Source: Ostreococcus lucimarinus (Eukaryota). Taken from it: a DNA stretch of 64,000 nt. Both the position numbers and the translations under genes were made by a program. Below are positions 1-9,788 of this stretch, piece by piece. Location of the stretch: the NCBI GenBank assembly GCA_000092065.1, contig CP000594.1, one strand, 5' to 3'. Every line of letters starts with the position of its first letter. Within the stretch, counting starts at the first letter, position 1. The notes beneath the pieces are model-generated. The model was not told the origin of the DNA. It saw only the letters and a program-made list of their open reading frames with translations, and searched no databases.

Positions 1-181
1 CGCGCGCGTCGATCGTTCGCCGCGCGTCGCGCGCGCGCGGACGACCCGCGGACGCCCCGCGCGCGCGCGCGACGGCGACGGCGACGACCGGGACAACCGT
101 CCCGAACCGACGACGCGTCGAAAGACGCTCGCGCTCGCGCTCGGGTGCGCGTGCTGCGCGCGCGGGAGCGACGCGCGAGCG

Positions 182-913
182 ATGGTGCGATTGATCGCGC
201 CGGACGACGCGAACGAGGCGACGTTCGACGTCGAGCGCTCGACGACGCGCGATGAGGCGTTCGCGAAGGGCATGGCGACGATGATGGATGGATTCGAAGA
301 CGCGGTGCGCGCGCGCAAGAGGGCTCTGATCGATGACCTGCTGGCGGAATACGACGGGGCGAAGGAAATGACGGTGTGCGAGATCGGGGCGGGGAGCGCG
401 CCGAACGCGCGGTATTACGCGAACGCGTCGCGCGGGCCGGAGACGATGGACTGGGTCGGCGTCGACCCGAACGACTCGATGCGAGCGTACGCGGAAGAAA
501 ACGTGGCGGCGGCGAACGACGGTGGTCGGGTGAAGATAAACGCGAGATACGTGCACGGCGTGGGTGAGGCGCTGCCGCTGCCGGACGCGAGCGCGGATGC
601 GGTGGTGTCGACGTTGACGCTGTGCTCGGTGCTCGATCAGGGGCGGACGCTGCGAGAGATTCGTCGGGTGCTAAAACCGGGAGGGAAATTTTTGTTTCTC
701 GAGCACGTGCTGTCGAGGGATCCGAGCTTTGCGAGGTTGCAAATCGCGCTGACGCCGATGCAAATCAGCGTGGCGGATGGGTGTCATCTGGACCGACGGA
801 CGCTGGACGAGATCGAGGACGGCGGGTTGTTTTCGAGCGTGAACGCGGAGTACTACGAGCTCGACGGGTTTTGGGTGATCGCGCCGCAAGTCGCCGGCAT
901 CGCCGTGGCTTAG
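182..913 (+). CDS. Class I SAM-dependent methyltransferase (Methyltransf_11-like)
   Basis: ATG at 182. 243-aa ORF with the glycine-rich SAM-binding motif VCEIGAGSAPN and a later VLKPGGKFLFLEHV block typical of small-molecule MTases. Confidence 0.7.
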   Translation: MVRLIAPDDANEATFDVERSTTRDEAFAKGMATMMDGFEDAVRARKRALIDDLLAEYDGAKEMTVCEIGAGSAPNARYYANASRGPETMDWVGVDPNDSMRAYAEENVAAANDGGRVKINARYVHGVGEALPLPDASADAVVSTLTLCSVLDQGRTLREIRRVLKPGGKFLFLEHVLSRDPSFARLQIALTPMQISVADGCHLDRRTLDEIEDGGLFSSVNAEYYELDGFWVIAPQVAGIAVA

Positions 914-944
914 AATGAATGTGTATCTATAACATTAGTATGTT

Positions 945-2309
945 TCAATCCGACTGCAAGTGCTTCACGAGCAAACACTTCTTGAATAGCCGATACTCCA
1001 CCGCGGCGCGCAGCCGCGGCGGCGTGTCTTCGGCGCTAAACAGCTTTTCATCCTCCTCGATAGTCGTCTTCATCGATAACAGCACCTCTTCGCAGCGCTT
1101 TTTAATGGCGTGCATGACGATCTGGTCGGCGTTTTCGTCTGGCATGAGCGCCTGCGTGAAATGTCGAAACATCAACCACAACGCCTCGTCGTAATCCGTG
1201 CGCCACCCCACGCTCGGGCCCATGAGCGTGGATTGTATATCTCGAAGCCTCAACTCCGCCGCATCGTCCGCGGTACCACCGCCACCGCTCAATTCCACGA
1301 TTGAAGCGCGCTCCCTCGCGCGTTGCTGCGCCTCGAGTTCGTTCGCTATCGAACGCCCGGCGGCTTTATCCAACACGACTTCTCCGCCTTCGCTACGAAA
1401 CGTCTCGGCGAACCAATCCGCGGCTTCGCCGAGCGAACTCCACAACTCCACTCGATCGTACGGGTTCATGCCACCCACGAATCCCATGTAAAGCAGAAAC
1501 GACTCCGCGGGCTCGCACGCGTACTGCGTCAGTAACTCCTCGCCCTCGTCAATCGTCTTCAACGCGCGAAGCACGACCGCCTCGCCATCGTCGCTCGCGT
1601 CCCATTTCACGTTCGCCGCGCCGTGAGAATGATTCAACATGTCTAACATTGGCGCCAGAAAGCTCTCTCCGCGCTCTAAATCCACCGCTCGGCTTCGCAC
1701 GCACGACAACGCCCAGGCGAAATGTTTCGTCCAGCTCGCGTCGCCGTATTTTTCGTTCAACTTTTTGATAGTCCCCGCGTCGCGCGCTTTCGCCTTGGCG
1801 CAATTCCCGATCCCACGCGCGAACGCCATCTCTGCAATTTCAGCGTTCGTCCACGTCGTCACGGGCGAGTCTACCGTTTGCGGCAACGCGTCGACCACGT
1901 ACGCTCGCCACGCGCCGCCGTCCCGGTCGCCGCCCCCGGTCCCGCCCTCCGCCTCGAATCTCGCGTGCGCCAGCGTCGCCGCCAATCGATCGGAGGGCGT
2001 GTAAAACTGTTTCGAGCTTCCGACGTCGCCGTCGTCGAGCGGGCACGTGGCGTAGCCGCAGCGCAAGCCCGTCGTCCCGAGGCAAGCTGTAAAAGGTACC
2101 CTCACGGCGACTTCGCCGGCTTTAATCTTCGCCGTGGACGCGCACACCACGGCGCGGGCGCGCGTGTGAGGGTCCACGCGAAGGTCCACGCGCGAGGTGT
2201 CGATGCCGCGGGCGTTGGACCACAGGATGAAATCTTCCATGGCGCGGGCGAGGACGGGGTGGCGGAGTGCGGCGAGCGAGCGGCGGCGCGCGCGCTTTGA
2301 TGCATCCAT
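945..2309 (-). CDS. SET-domain protein lysine methyltransferase (Rubisco LSMT / SETD3-like)
   Basis: ATG verified at 2307-2309 on the complement. 454-aa ORF with a SET-domain core (LNHSHGAN.., ..EELLTQY) and a C-terminal substrate-binding-like region. No internal stop. Confidence 0.7.
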   Translation of the reverse strand: MDASKRARRRSLAALRHPVLARAMEDFILWSNARGIDTSRVDLRVDPHTRARAVVCASTAKIKAGEVAVRVPFTACLGTTGLRCGYATCPLDDGDVGSSKQFYTPSDRLAATLAHARFEAEGGTGGGDRDGGAWRAYVVDALPQTVDSPVTTWTNAEIAEMAFARGIGNCAKAKARDAGTIKKLNEKYGDASWTKHFAWALSCVRSRAVDLERGESFLAPMLDMLNHSHGAANVKWDASDDGEAVVLRALKTIDEGEELLTQYACEPAESFLLYMGFVGGMNPYDRVELWSSLGEAADWFAETFRSEGGEVVLDKAAGRSIANELEAQQRARERASIVELSGGGGTADDAAELRLRDIQSTLMGPSVGWRTDYDEALWLMFRHFTQALMPDENADQIVMHAIKKRCEEVLLSMKTTIEEDEKLFSAEDTPPRLRAAVEYRLFKKCLLVKHLQSD

Positions 2310-2323
2310 ATGATTGTAATCGT

Positions 2324-5300
2324 CTACGTGTCTAAGAGAAATGAGTGTTCGCGAGCGATCGCGCTGAGTGGGGTTTTAAGCGATGGCGTCGCGGGCGCGG
2401 TGACGACGGCATCGAGTTTAAGCTTGAGCGCGGCGAGCTTGGCGTCGTAGGACGCTTTTTGCGTCTGCAGCTTGCCGTAAACCATTTTCGCAACGCCCTT
2501 GTAGTACACCGCACGCTGTTTTGTGGACTCGCACACGTCTAACGCGACTTGCGTGGCCTCTTTTGCGGTGTCGATGACGTTCTGTCGTTGGATCGGAGAA
2601 GGAGAGGCGTCGCGCGAACGCGTCGGCGTCGACTTTGGCGGCTTCGCAGCGCCGCCGCGCATCTCGCGCTCAACCTTGGCAATTTCTTCATCCAATCTCT
2701 GGGCGTACAAATCGTTGCTTTGCATCGCCGCCTCGGCCTCGGCGGCTTCGTGTGCGAGATAGTCCGCGAACGAAGTTTCGTGGACGTCCTCGTCTCGCGG
2801 CTGCGTGGATTCGGCTTGTTGTCGCGAGGCGACGGTGATTTCCTTCAACTGCGCGCTGAGTTCTTCGAGCATCGTCTTTTTCTCCATTTGAACGGCATTT
2901 AGCGATCTCTTCATCTCGCTCAACTCGTCGCGAAGGTTTTCAATTTCTGAGGATTCTTTCATTGACGCCGCTTCGGTGCGGCGCTCGCTCGCTCGCGATA
3001 ATTCGCTTCGAAGTTGCTCGACGGTTTCCTCGAGCGCTCGCGCCGTGTGTTCGTACTCGTGCAAACGAGACTCCACGAGCTGCCTCGCCTTGATCTCATC
3101 ACTCGTCTTTTGCAAATTCGCCTTATATTTGCACGCGAGCGCGAGGTTTTCATCCTTGAACTTGGTTAATCGCGCGAGCGCGGCTTCGCTCTTGGTGAGC
3201 TCTGCGCGCAGCTTTGACCGTTCGGCTTGCAGACGACTGATTTCGTTCGACTGCCTCGAAGCCATGTCCACGAGATCCCGATTGGTGGCGACTAAATTTG
3301 CAACGTTCATCTTGCGAGATCCCGAGCTCGACGCGCGCGCGCGCGCGTTCTTCATCGGCGAAGGCGAGTGGGGATCTTCGCTTTCAGAAACGTCTTCGAT
3401 GTCGACTTCCGTCTCCTCTTCCGCGAGCTGCGCGGCGATGATGACGTCGTCGAGCTGCGAAAGCAAGTCTTGTTCGCGCTCGCGCATCGTGGCTAGCTCT
3501 TGCTGCAAGTGCGCGCAGTGCTCGAGCGCGCTTTCCAGTTCAGTAGTGAGATCGACGATTTTATATTCCTCCACGCTCGACGCCTCTGCGGCGGCGCGAC
3601 GCGCTTCTTGCGCTTCCACGATCGCCCTGTCCTTCTCCACTCGCGCTTGCTTCAGCTCGTACTGCGTCTCCTCCACCACCCGCGTAAGATCGTGGATGTT
3701 GTTCATCGCCGTCGCAAAATCTTTCTCGAGCTCGTATCGCTTCGACGAACCGTCCACGGTGACGCTTTGCAAGGCCTTTTCAAACTCGATGTTTTGCCTT
3801 CGAAGCGCCTCGAGCTCCGACGATGACTTCGCCGCGTTCGCCGCGTTTTCCGCTAAACGACGCTCCGCATCGCTGAGCGATCGACGCATTTCATCGAGTT
3901 CCGCGTTTTTGGCTTCAATCATGGCGTAGACGTCTGATTCAGACTTGGAGCTCTCGGCGCGATGCAACACGACTTCGCTCTCAGAACGCTCGAGCGCGGC
4001 GCGCAACTCCACTTCTCCCGCCTTGCGCCAAGTCAGCTCGCGCTCCAAGTCTTCATTTTCGCGCTCCAAGCGTTGATTCTCGGTCTCGTAATACACCTTT
4101 TCATTGGCCGCCTCTTGCACCTCTTCCAATCGCGCCTCGAGTTGTTCAATCTCCGCGCGCGCCGCGTCGAGTTCGGCGCAGAGTTCCTCGGCTTCGATTT
4201 CGCTCGCACCCGCGGCGAGTTCTCTCAACTTCGCCATATCGTCTTGAACGCTTTTGTGATTCGCTCGAGACGCGCTCAACTCGCGTTCGCTCTGCCGCAA
4301 CCGAGTTTCGAGCTCTATGAGCTCGCGCCGCGCTTCCTGCGCCTCCACTTGCGCGGCGCACCGCTCGGTCTCCGCCTTGACACACTGCGCGTTCGCCGCG
4401 TCCATCTTCGCCCAAACATCGCGCACGGCCTCTTTCACCGCCCCCTGCACGCGACGATCGCTCGCCTCGAGCTCGTTTTCCTTGTCGTTCAATCGAAGCT
4501 CGAGCTCGTGCAAGCGCGCCTTTAATCGAGCGGCGTTTTCATTCGCCGCGACGAGTTTACGCGCCGTCTCCTTCGTTTTGCGCTCCTCGACTAATCGCAC
4601 GCGCTCGATCGCCATCGCGACTTGTGGATCGTCCACGTTCGGCGTCGCGCACGCGGATTCGTCTCCTTCGTCGTCGTCGTCCTCCGCGCGCGTCGCCGCG
4701 CTCCCCTCACCCACCTCCACCGCCGCCGCCCTCGACGGCGATTCCACCGAACCCTCCGCCGTCGTCGCCTCCAACCGTCGCTCCAGCGCCACGACCACGT
4801 CTCCCGCGTCGACGTCCTCCGTCTCCGAATCCCCGTCCTCGCTCGCCGTCGTCTTCTCCATCGACAGCGCGCGCGACCGCGCCAACCGTTCCCTCGTCCT
4901 CGCCATCTCCTCCCGCCACGCCGACCCAAGCGGTGATTTCCCTCGACTCGCGCTCCCCGTCCCTCTCGGCGTCGTCGTCGTCGTCCCCATCGGCGTCCGC
5001 CGCGCGTCCCTCTCGCGTCTCGCCGTCGCCGCCGCGTTTAAATCGTCGTCGTCGTCGTCGTCATCACGATTCGTCCCCCCATCGTCCCGTCGCGCGTCCG
5101 CGCGCCTCCCTCGCGTCCGCGCGCTCACCGGCGGCGTGTTCTCCTCCCCCCTCGCCGTCCCTCGCCCCTTCTTCCCCCTCGTCGTCGTCGTCGTCGTCGT
5201 CTTCGCCCCGTCGTCGTCCCATCGCGGCGGCGTCATCGCCCCCTCGCGCGTCGCGTCGCGCGCCGCGTTCGCTCGCGCGTCGCGCGGCGTCAGCGGCGAC

Positions 5301-5326
5301 CGCGTCGCCGTCGCGCGCGTCTCCAT
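2324..5326 (-). CDS. Long coiled-coil protein (1000 aa) with poly-Asp and poly-Thr tracts
   Basis: ATG verified at 5324-5326 on the complement. Heptad-rich E/R/L/A composition over about 700 aa. Acidic and threonine homopolymer runs at the N-terminus. Confidence 0.6.
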   Translation of the reverse strand: METRATATRSPLTPRDARANAARDATREGAMTPPRWDDDGAKTTTTTTTRGKKGRGTARGEENTPPVSARTRGRRADARRDDGGTNRDDDDDDDDLNAAATARRERDARRTPMGTTTTTPRGTGSASRGKSPLGSAWREEMARTRERLARSRALSMEKTTASEDGDSETEDVDAGDVVVALERRLEATTAEGSVESPSRAAAVEVGEGSAATRAEDDDDEGDESACATPNVDDPQVAMAIERVRLVEERKTKETARKLVAANENAARLKARLHELELRLNDKENELEASDRRVQGAVKEAVRDVWAKMDAANAQCVKAETERCAAQVEAQEARRELIELETRLRQSERELSASRANHKSVQDDMAKLRELAAGASEIEAEELCAELDAARAEIEQLEARLEEVQEAANEKVYYETENQRLERENEDLERELTWRKAGEVELRAALERSESEVVLHRAESSKSESDVYAMIEAKNAELDEMRRSLSDAERRLAENAANAAKSSSELEALRRQNIEFEKALQSVTVDGSSKRYELEKDFATAMNNIHDLTRVVEETQYELKQARVEKDRAIVEAQEARRAAAEASSVEEYKIVDLTTELESALEHCAHLQQELATMREREQDLLSQLDDVIIAAQLAEEETEVDIEDVSESEDPHSPSPMKNARARASSSGSRKMNVANLVATNRDLVDMASRQSNEISRLQAERSKLRAELTKSEAALARLTKFKDENLALACKYKANLQKTSDEIKARQLVESRLHEYEHTARALEETVEQLRSELSRASERRTEAASMKESSEIENLRDELSEMKRSLNAVQMEKKTMLEELSAQLKEITVASRQQAESTQPRDEDVHETSFADYLAHEAAEAEAAMQSNDLYAQRLDEEIAKVEREMRGGAAKPPKSTPTRSRDASPSPIQRQNVIDTAKEATQVALDVCESTKQRAVYYKGVAKMVYGKLQTQKASYDAKLAALKLKLDAVVTAPATPSLKTPLSAIAREHSFLLDT

Positions 5327-5462
5327 CGCGATCCGCGCGTCGCCGCCGACGCCCGTCGCGCTCTGCGGCGGACGCCCGCGACGTCAACGGTCGGAAATCT
5401 TTGACGTTTCGCGTCCGTCTCACTGTTTACCCATACGACGTCCCGAGTTTGTCGTCCCGACG

Positions 5463-7547
5463 ATGGATGGATGGATGCATCCCGCACGCGACGACGCGAT
5501 GCCGCGGTGTCGCGCGCGGTACGAGATCGTGGAGCACGGCGCGCGCGCGCCGCTGCGCGCGACGTGCGCGACGCTCGTCGAGGGCGCGCGAGCGCTGCCG
5601 GTGCGCGATGCGTGCGAACGCGACGAACGACGCGAATGAAATGAAATCGAAACGGCGCGACCGACGGCGACGGACGAGACGACGCGCGATGGCGCCACGG
5701 ACTGACCCAGCGCGCGACAAACGGAACAGGGCGCGCGCGCGGCGGTGCGAGAGTGCGCGAACGCGCGCGGCGTCGTGGACGCGGATGACTGCGCGCGCGC
5801 GCTCGGGACGACGGCGACGGCGGCGAGACGCGCGTTCGACGCGACGCGCGCGACGAGCGAACGCGCGAGCGATGATCTGGACGACGACGCGAGCGCGCGA
5901 AGCGAACGGGGCGCGACGGACAGGGAGACGTGCGAGGCGAGACGGTTGATGCTGTATCTGGCGGCGGCGTGCTACGCGACGGCGCGGGGCGGAGGCGCGA
6001 CGGCGCTGCGGGACGAGGCGCGGCGGTGCGCGGACGAAGACGCGAGCGAGGGAAACGAATGGGTCGGGCGCGAGGTCTCGGCGAGGAGCTCGCCGTCGAG
6101 GAGTCCGTCGAAGCGGGCGATGCTGCGGCGCGCGAACGGCGCGGGGTCGCCGGCGAGAGGGGACCGGTTCGTCGTCGACGACGAGGACCGGGAAGACGCG
6201 GCGTTCGGGAGCTTCGTTTTGCTGAATTGGGACGCGTTCGCGGACGCGTGTCGATCGGACCGCGGCGAGGGCGAGGGCGAGCGCGGTTCGGCGACGACGC
6301 TGACGCGGGAGGAGGTCGCGTGTTTGGACTACGTATTCGAGACGCGGGACGAAAACGGCGAGCGGAGTTCGCTCGCGGATTGCGCGATGGCGAGCGGCGA
6401 GGACGCGATCGAGAGCGCGCACTTGCGCGAGTGGGTGGCGAGAAACATGTCCGCGGACGCCACCTCGATGGCGTCGGCGAGCGCGAAGGCGAGCGGATCC
6501 GCGGTGGCGGCCGTCGCCGAGATGGCGGCGAACGTTTCGGAGAGCGACGTCGCGCGACCGGGGTCGAAAACCACCGTCACCGTCGACGGCGCGTACAAAA
6601 CCACCGTCGTTAGGCGACAAGGGTGCGATGTCACGCGCACGGCGTCGGGAAACGCCGCGGGATGTCGAACATCGCCGCGCGATCTCGCGACGTTTGGTTC
6701 GCCGCGGTACGTCTCCGGCGGCACGCCGTGCGCCAAAATCACCGATTGCGCGGAGTCGATCATTTATTTGCTCGAACCTTATCACTACGTCTCTATCGTT
6801 GGATGCGTGGATTGCGTGATCGTCGTCGGCGCCGTCGCGCGGTCGTTGCGCGTGGAGGGCTGCGAGCGCGTGACGCTCATGTGCGCCGCCAAACGCGTCA
6901 CCGTGCGTTCGTGTTTCGATTGCAACTTTCATCTCGGCGTTCTCACCCAGCCGTTGTTCGTGGGTGACAATCGAAAGTGCGTGCTGGCGCCCTACAACAC
7001 GTTTTACGAGCATCTCGGAGAGCACCTGATTGAGGCGCGTTTGCGACCCGAGGCGTGCACGGCGTGGGATCGACCCGTGGTGCTCGGCGTGGACGTCACG
7101 ATTCAAGACGGCTCGTCTTCCCCGAGCGCGCCAGACGTGGTGAGAATATCGAGTGGGATAACGCTCATGCCTCCGGACGCGTTCACGCTCTTCATCGTGC
7201 CGTTTCGCGAGTACGTCGCCGACGTCGTCGCCGACGCGCCGCCGACGCCCTCGAGCGTCGCGGCGACGACGCAGGCGAACCCGTTCGACGTCCCAGCGAA
7301 TTACGTCACCGCACTCGAGTCGAAGATGCAGCTCATCTGTGACGTCCGCGCGCGCGTGCGCGACTCCTCCCTCCCCGAGACAAAGCGCGGCGAACTCCAA
7401 GCCGCGATTCAGAGCCACTTCAAGGCGTGGCTGCAACAATCGGGAAAGTCGCGCGAGATCTTCGATTTATCCGCCATCGAGCGCGAGGAGATGCGCGCCG
7501 CGGGCGGTGAGATGCGCGCCGCGGGCGCCACCGCCGCCACCGCGTGA
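5463..7547 (+). CDS. TBCCD1: TBCC-domain protein (TBCCD1-like). Proposed two-exon model: 5463..5600 and 5730..7547.
   Basis: C-terminal block CERVTLMCAAKRVTVRSCFDCNFHLGVLTQPLFVGDNRKCVLAPYNTFYEHL matches the TBCC/C-CAP domain of TBCCD1. The track ORF 5745 starts with GTG. The proposed intron 5601..5729 has donor GTGCGC, branch ACTGAC at 5701 and acceptor CAG at 5727-5729. Both junctions are phase 0, and exon 1 starts at an ATG at 5463. The conservative single-exon alternative starts at ATG 5949. Confidence 0.55.
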
Positions 7548-7607
7548 CCCGCCGCCGACGTGAACCCATTAACTACGATTTCTAGACTGTATTAACGAAA
7601 AAGCGAG

Positions 7608-8090
7608 CTACGCCAACGGATTCGCGTGAATCGTCACCCTCTCAATCTTCGCGTCCCTCACCGGCCGATCCCGTTCGTCCACCGCCAACCGTTCCAGCGC
7701 GTCCAGCGTCCCGTGCCCGTCGATCACCCGTCCGAATATCGTCACCTTCCCGTCCAGGTGCGGCAGCTTCGCGAAGCTCAAAAAAAACTGGCTCTGATTC
7801 GTGTTCGGCCCCGCGTTCGCCATCGCCAGCATCCCTCGACGCGAGAACCGCAGGTGCGCGCGTATCTCATCCTTAAACGCGCGTCCGTCGTATATCGACG
7901 TCCCGCCTCGTCCCGTGCCCGTGGGGTCGCCGCTCTGAATCATAAAGTTTTTCACGCATCGATGAAACGCGCACTGATCGTAGTACCCGCTCGCGCACAG
8001 CGCCAGAAAGTTCTCGCACGCCCTCGGGCAGTCCGCGACGTGAAGCTCGACCTTGACGTCGCCGCACGTCGTGTGCAGCGTCGCGGACAT
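7608..8090 (-). CDS. PPIL3: Peptidyl-prolyl cis-trans isomerase, cyclophilin PPIL3 type (161 aa)
   Basis: ATG verified at 8088-8090 on the complement. Protein begins MSATLHTTCGDVKVELH and contains FHRCVKNFMIQSGDPTGTGRGG and GMLAMANAGPNTNQSQFF, canonical cyclophilin motifs. Its length matches PPIL3. Confidence 0.85.
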   Translation of the reverse strand: MSATLHTTCGDVKVELHVADCPRACENFLALCASGYYDQCAFHRCVKNFMIQSGDPTGTGRGGTSIYDGRAFKDEIRAHLRFSRRGMLAMANAGPNTNQSQFFLSFAKLPHLDGKVTIFGRVIDGHGTLDALERLAVDERDRPVRDAKIERVTIHANPLA

Positions 8091-8177
8091 GACGCGCGAG
8101 GCGCCCTGTGACGAACGACGCGCGCGGCCGACCGCCGCCTCAAAAGTCGACGCCGAGAGTCGCGCCGCGCGCGCGCG

Positions 8178-9584
8178 ATGCGCGCGCGGTCGACCGCGAT
8201 CGACAGCGCGGGCGATCTCGAGCGCGCGGGCGCGGTCGAACGCGCGCGCGAGGCGCGCGCGACGTCGCGGGCGCGCGATGAAGCGAAAGATGCGTCGAGT
8301 CGAGCGTCGAACGACGTCGACGCGCTTCGCGCGCTCGCGCGCGCGGCGTCCGCGGCGCGCGGCGCGGAGGCGGCGATGACGCGAGACCGGTGCGTCGACG
8401 CGCTGCGAGCGGCGAGCTCGAGGGAGGCGGACGACGAGGCGGACGCGTACTACGCCGCGCTGAGCCTGCACCGAGCGCTCGCGACGCGGGCGAATCGAGA
8501 CGACGACGAGGCGATGGCGCGATGCGTCGCGACGTGCGAGGAGGTGGTAGAGAGGTACGCGCGACGCCGCGGCGGGCGCGACGGCGCGATGCGGCGGGAG
8601 ACGGTGGCGCTGGCGGCGTTGACGGTGGCGCGCGCGAGAGGACCGGCGGCGGCGGCGGAGACGCTGAGGGGCGGCGACGAGCGCGCGAGCGTGCTCGGCG
8701 CCGCCGTCGCGCGGTGGTTAGCGCTGCGATTGGTGGACGTGGACGCGGAGAGGGAGCTCACGGTGGCGGATTTGACGCGATTGGCGGTTATTTTGTCAAA
8801 GGCGCGGGATTCGCGCGCGGCGACGGCGTTTTGCGAGTGCGGCGGCGTGTCGTCGTTGTGCGCGTTGATCGACGTCGAATCGTCCCCGCCGCTGAGCGCG
8901 GGGACGATATTTGATTGCGCCAAAGCCATCGCGGGTTTTTGCGCGGCGCTTTCGGATGGTTCGACGACGACGAGGTTCGACGTCGAAGGCGTGTCGCGCG
9001 AGTTGAGGGCGATTCTCTCGTCGGCTTCGGGTAAGATGGCCGATCCCCTTCCCGCGGTCGCCGCCACCGCGTGTCGCCAAGCGTTGGCGTCTTTGGAAAA
9101 GTACGCGGCGACCCGAGCGGGAGCGGTGTCCACGGTGGAGCGGCAGTCGTCGTACGGGGCGCTCGGCGATTGCGTCACCGCGGCGAAGGAGCTCGATTTC
9201 GCCGACGCCTCGCGCTCGGGTTCGCACGCCAGTCTACACCGCGCGCAAAAATACGACGGTTCGTTTGGATCGCAAATCGATCTCTCGCGCACGCGCTCGG
9301 AATCGCTCAACTCCTTGGATGCCTCGTTTAGTTCGCCGACGAAGCTCATCCCCGCGGCGTCCGTTCCCGAAGCCTCCGACACCGCCACCGCGCTCTTCAC
9401 CACCCCACCGCCGCTCGCGCGAAAACGATCCGACTCCGGCACATCACCTCTGCTCAAGTCCAAGTCCCCGGCGCGCGCGCGCTCGAAGAAGCGCGCCGTC
9501 GCGCTTCGCCGCTTCCTCTTCTTCGTCTTCGCCGTCGGCGTCGTCTTCGCCTTCGCCGACCGTCTCCGCGCCCATCGCGCGTGA
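8178..9584 (+). CDS. Hypothetical protein (468 aa) with a C-terminal hydrophobic tail-anchor segment
   Basis: ATG at 8178. Its composition is more complex than the overlapping antisense ORF 8450..9463. It ends in LRRFLFFVFAVGVVFAFADRL (a tail-anchor-like TM). No recognisable domain. Confidence 0.4.
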   Translation: MRARSTAIDSAGDLERAGAVERAREARATSRARDEAKDASSRASNDVDALRALARAASAARGAEAAMTRDRCVDALRAASSREADDEADAYYAALSLHRALATRANRDDDEAMARCVATCEEVVERYARRRGGRDGAMRRETVALAALTVARARGPAAAAETLRGGDERASVLGAAVARWLALRLVDVDAERELTVADLTRLAVILSKARDSRAATAFCECGGVSSLCALIDVESSPPLSAGTIFDCAKAIAGFCAALSDGSTTTRFDVEGVSRELRAILSSASGKMADPLPAVAATACRQALASLEKYAATRAGAVSTVERQSSYGALGDCVTAAKELDFADASRSGSHASLHRAQKYDGSFGSQIDLSRTRSESLNSLDASFSSPTKLIPAASVPEASDTATALFTTPPPLARKRSDSGTSPLLKSKSPARARSKKRAVALRRFLFFVFAVGVVFAFADRLRAHRA

Positions 9585-9788
9585 TTTCCTCCGTTCGTCC
9601 GTCCATTCCGCCGTTCGTCGTCCGTTCGCTTCCCCGTTTCCTCGCCGCCGTCTGTTCCTTCGGGCGTCGACCGCGTCGATTCGCCGCCGAGTCGCGTCGC
9701 TCGAGTTAGTTAGTTAGTTGAAAAGATCCTCCAGCGACTAAACCCCAACACTTCGGCGCCACATCATCGCGCCGCGTCGACGCGCGCG

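Noticed and set aside
1528-1533. Reverse-strand branch-like motif gtcagt at 1528 inside the SET-domain gene
   Set aside because: The nearest CTG (acceptor complement) is only 2 nt away, and there is no RCGCAC donor complement. The ORF is continuous and well conserved across the site. It is a coincidental hexamer.
4317-5639. 440-aa plus-strand ORF 4317..5639 as an independent gene
   Set aside because: Most of it is antisense to the well-supported coiled-coil gene and is Ser/Ala/Pro/Arg low complexity. Only its last 46 codons (from ATG 5463) are used, as proposed exon 1 of the TBCCD1-like gene.
5427-7439. Long ORFs antisense to real genes: 5427..7439, 10948..11961, 16159..18276, 17086..18291, 23108..24916, 43404..44744, 46810..47619, 45752..46570, 51507..52592, 53953..55230, 8450..9463
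   Set aside because: Their translations are Arg/Ala/Ser/Pro-rich low-complexity sequence with no motifs. Such ORFs are expected in roughly 68-percent GC DNA. Each is mirrored by an opposite-strand ORF with a recognisable conserved protein.
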